Part shown: in pieces, positions 63,570 to 64,000 of the stretch
Layout of the letters: each line of letters starts with the position of its first letter
Position numbering within the stretch: the first letter of the stretch is position 1
DNA from: Eledone cirrhosa
Taxonomy: Eukaryota
Direction of reading: 5' to 3'
NCBI GenBank assembly: GCA_964016885.1
Contig: OZ024740.1
Coordinates: 1,116,001-1,180,000 of the forward strand
Length of the DNA stretch: 64,000 nucleotides
Program-made: the position numbers and the translations under genes
Notes under the pieces: model-generated
The model's input: the letters and a program-made list of their open reading frames with translations, nothing else
What the model was told of the DNA's origin: nothing
Databases searched by the model: none

Positions 63570-64000
63570 TATATAAATGAATATTTATTCAATTTAAAGC
63601 GCCAATTATCTATATATAACAAGATATGAATTTTTCTAGGGATGGGGAAATTTTCAGTTTGTTTTTATATTTTCACTTCCTTTTTTACTTTCTATTTAAT
63701 ACAGTGTTTGATCCAATATAATCCTGACAGTATTTGAACCAGTTTACCTCATATATATGTATGCACACACAACACTCAAGTTTCGCCATCTACTGCCATT
63801 TCATTCATATGTATTGTTTAATTAATTCTGGTCTAATTCATCAACTATTGTTAATTATATTATTACGTAGATTTCTTATAAAATCTAGTGCATATATACG
63901 TGTATATATACAGGGAGACACTGTAATAGATGTAAAGAGAGTGAGAGATAGAGTTATAGAAGTAAAGAGAGGGAGAGAAATAAGCGGTAGATAGAGTAAT
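63570..64000 (+). repeat. Segmental duplicate of ~49190-49622
   Basis: Near-identical unique sequence. Confidence 0.9.

Overview
Eukaryotic, AT-rich and microsatellite-saturated DNA. The C2H2 zinc-finger paralogues, SINE types and (TA)n/(CA)n load suggest an octopus/cephalopod genome (inference). Host genes are one intact 14-finger C2H2 gene (37584-38918,+) and a divergently oriented paralogous pseudogene (~10760-11221,-). Nearly everything else is mobile DNA: two intact Penelope-like (RT+GIY-YIG) elements with inverted pseudo-LTR arms, RTE, CR1-group and CRE-like LINE relics, Helitrons, two tRNA-derived SINE families and three satellites. The main unannotated signal is non-coding: at least six distinct families of hammerhead-core RNAs. 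The most striking (15012-15113, 15642-15743, and 8734-8834 on the minus strand) has the complete hammerhead core in a strand order that is not type I, II or III. It folds as a pseudoknot with a canonical kink-turn in stem III and a four-way junction at stem II, and most variable helices covary between two diverged copies. It sits in retrozyme-like 'monomer plus terminal repeat' elements. All folds were made by eye and none has been tested.
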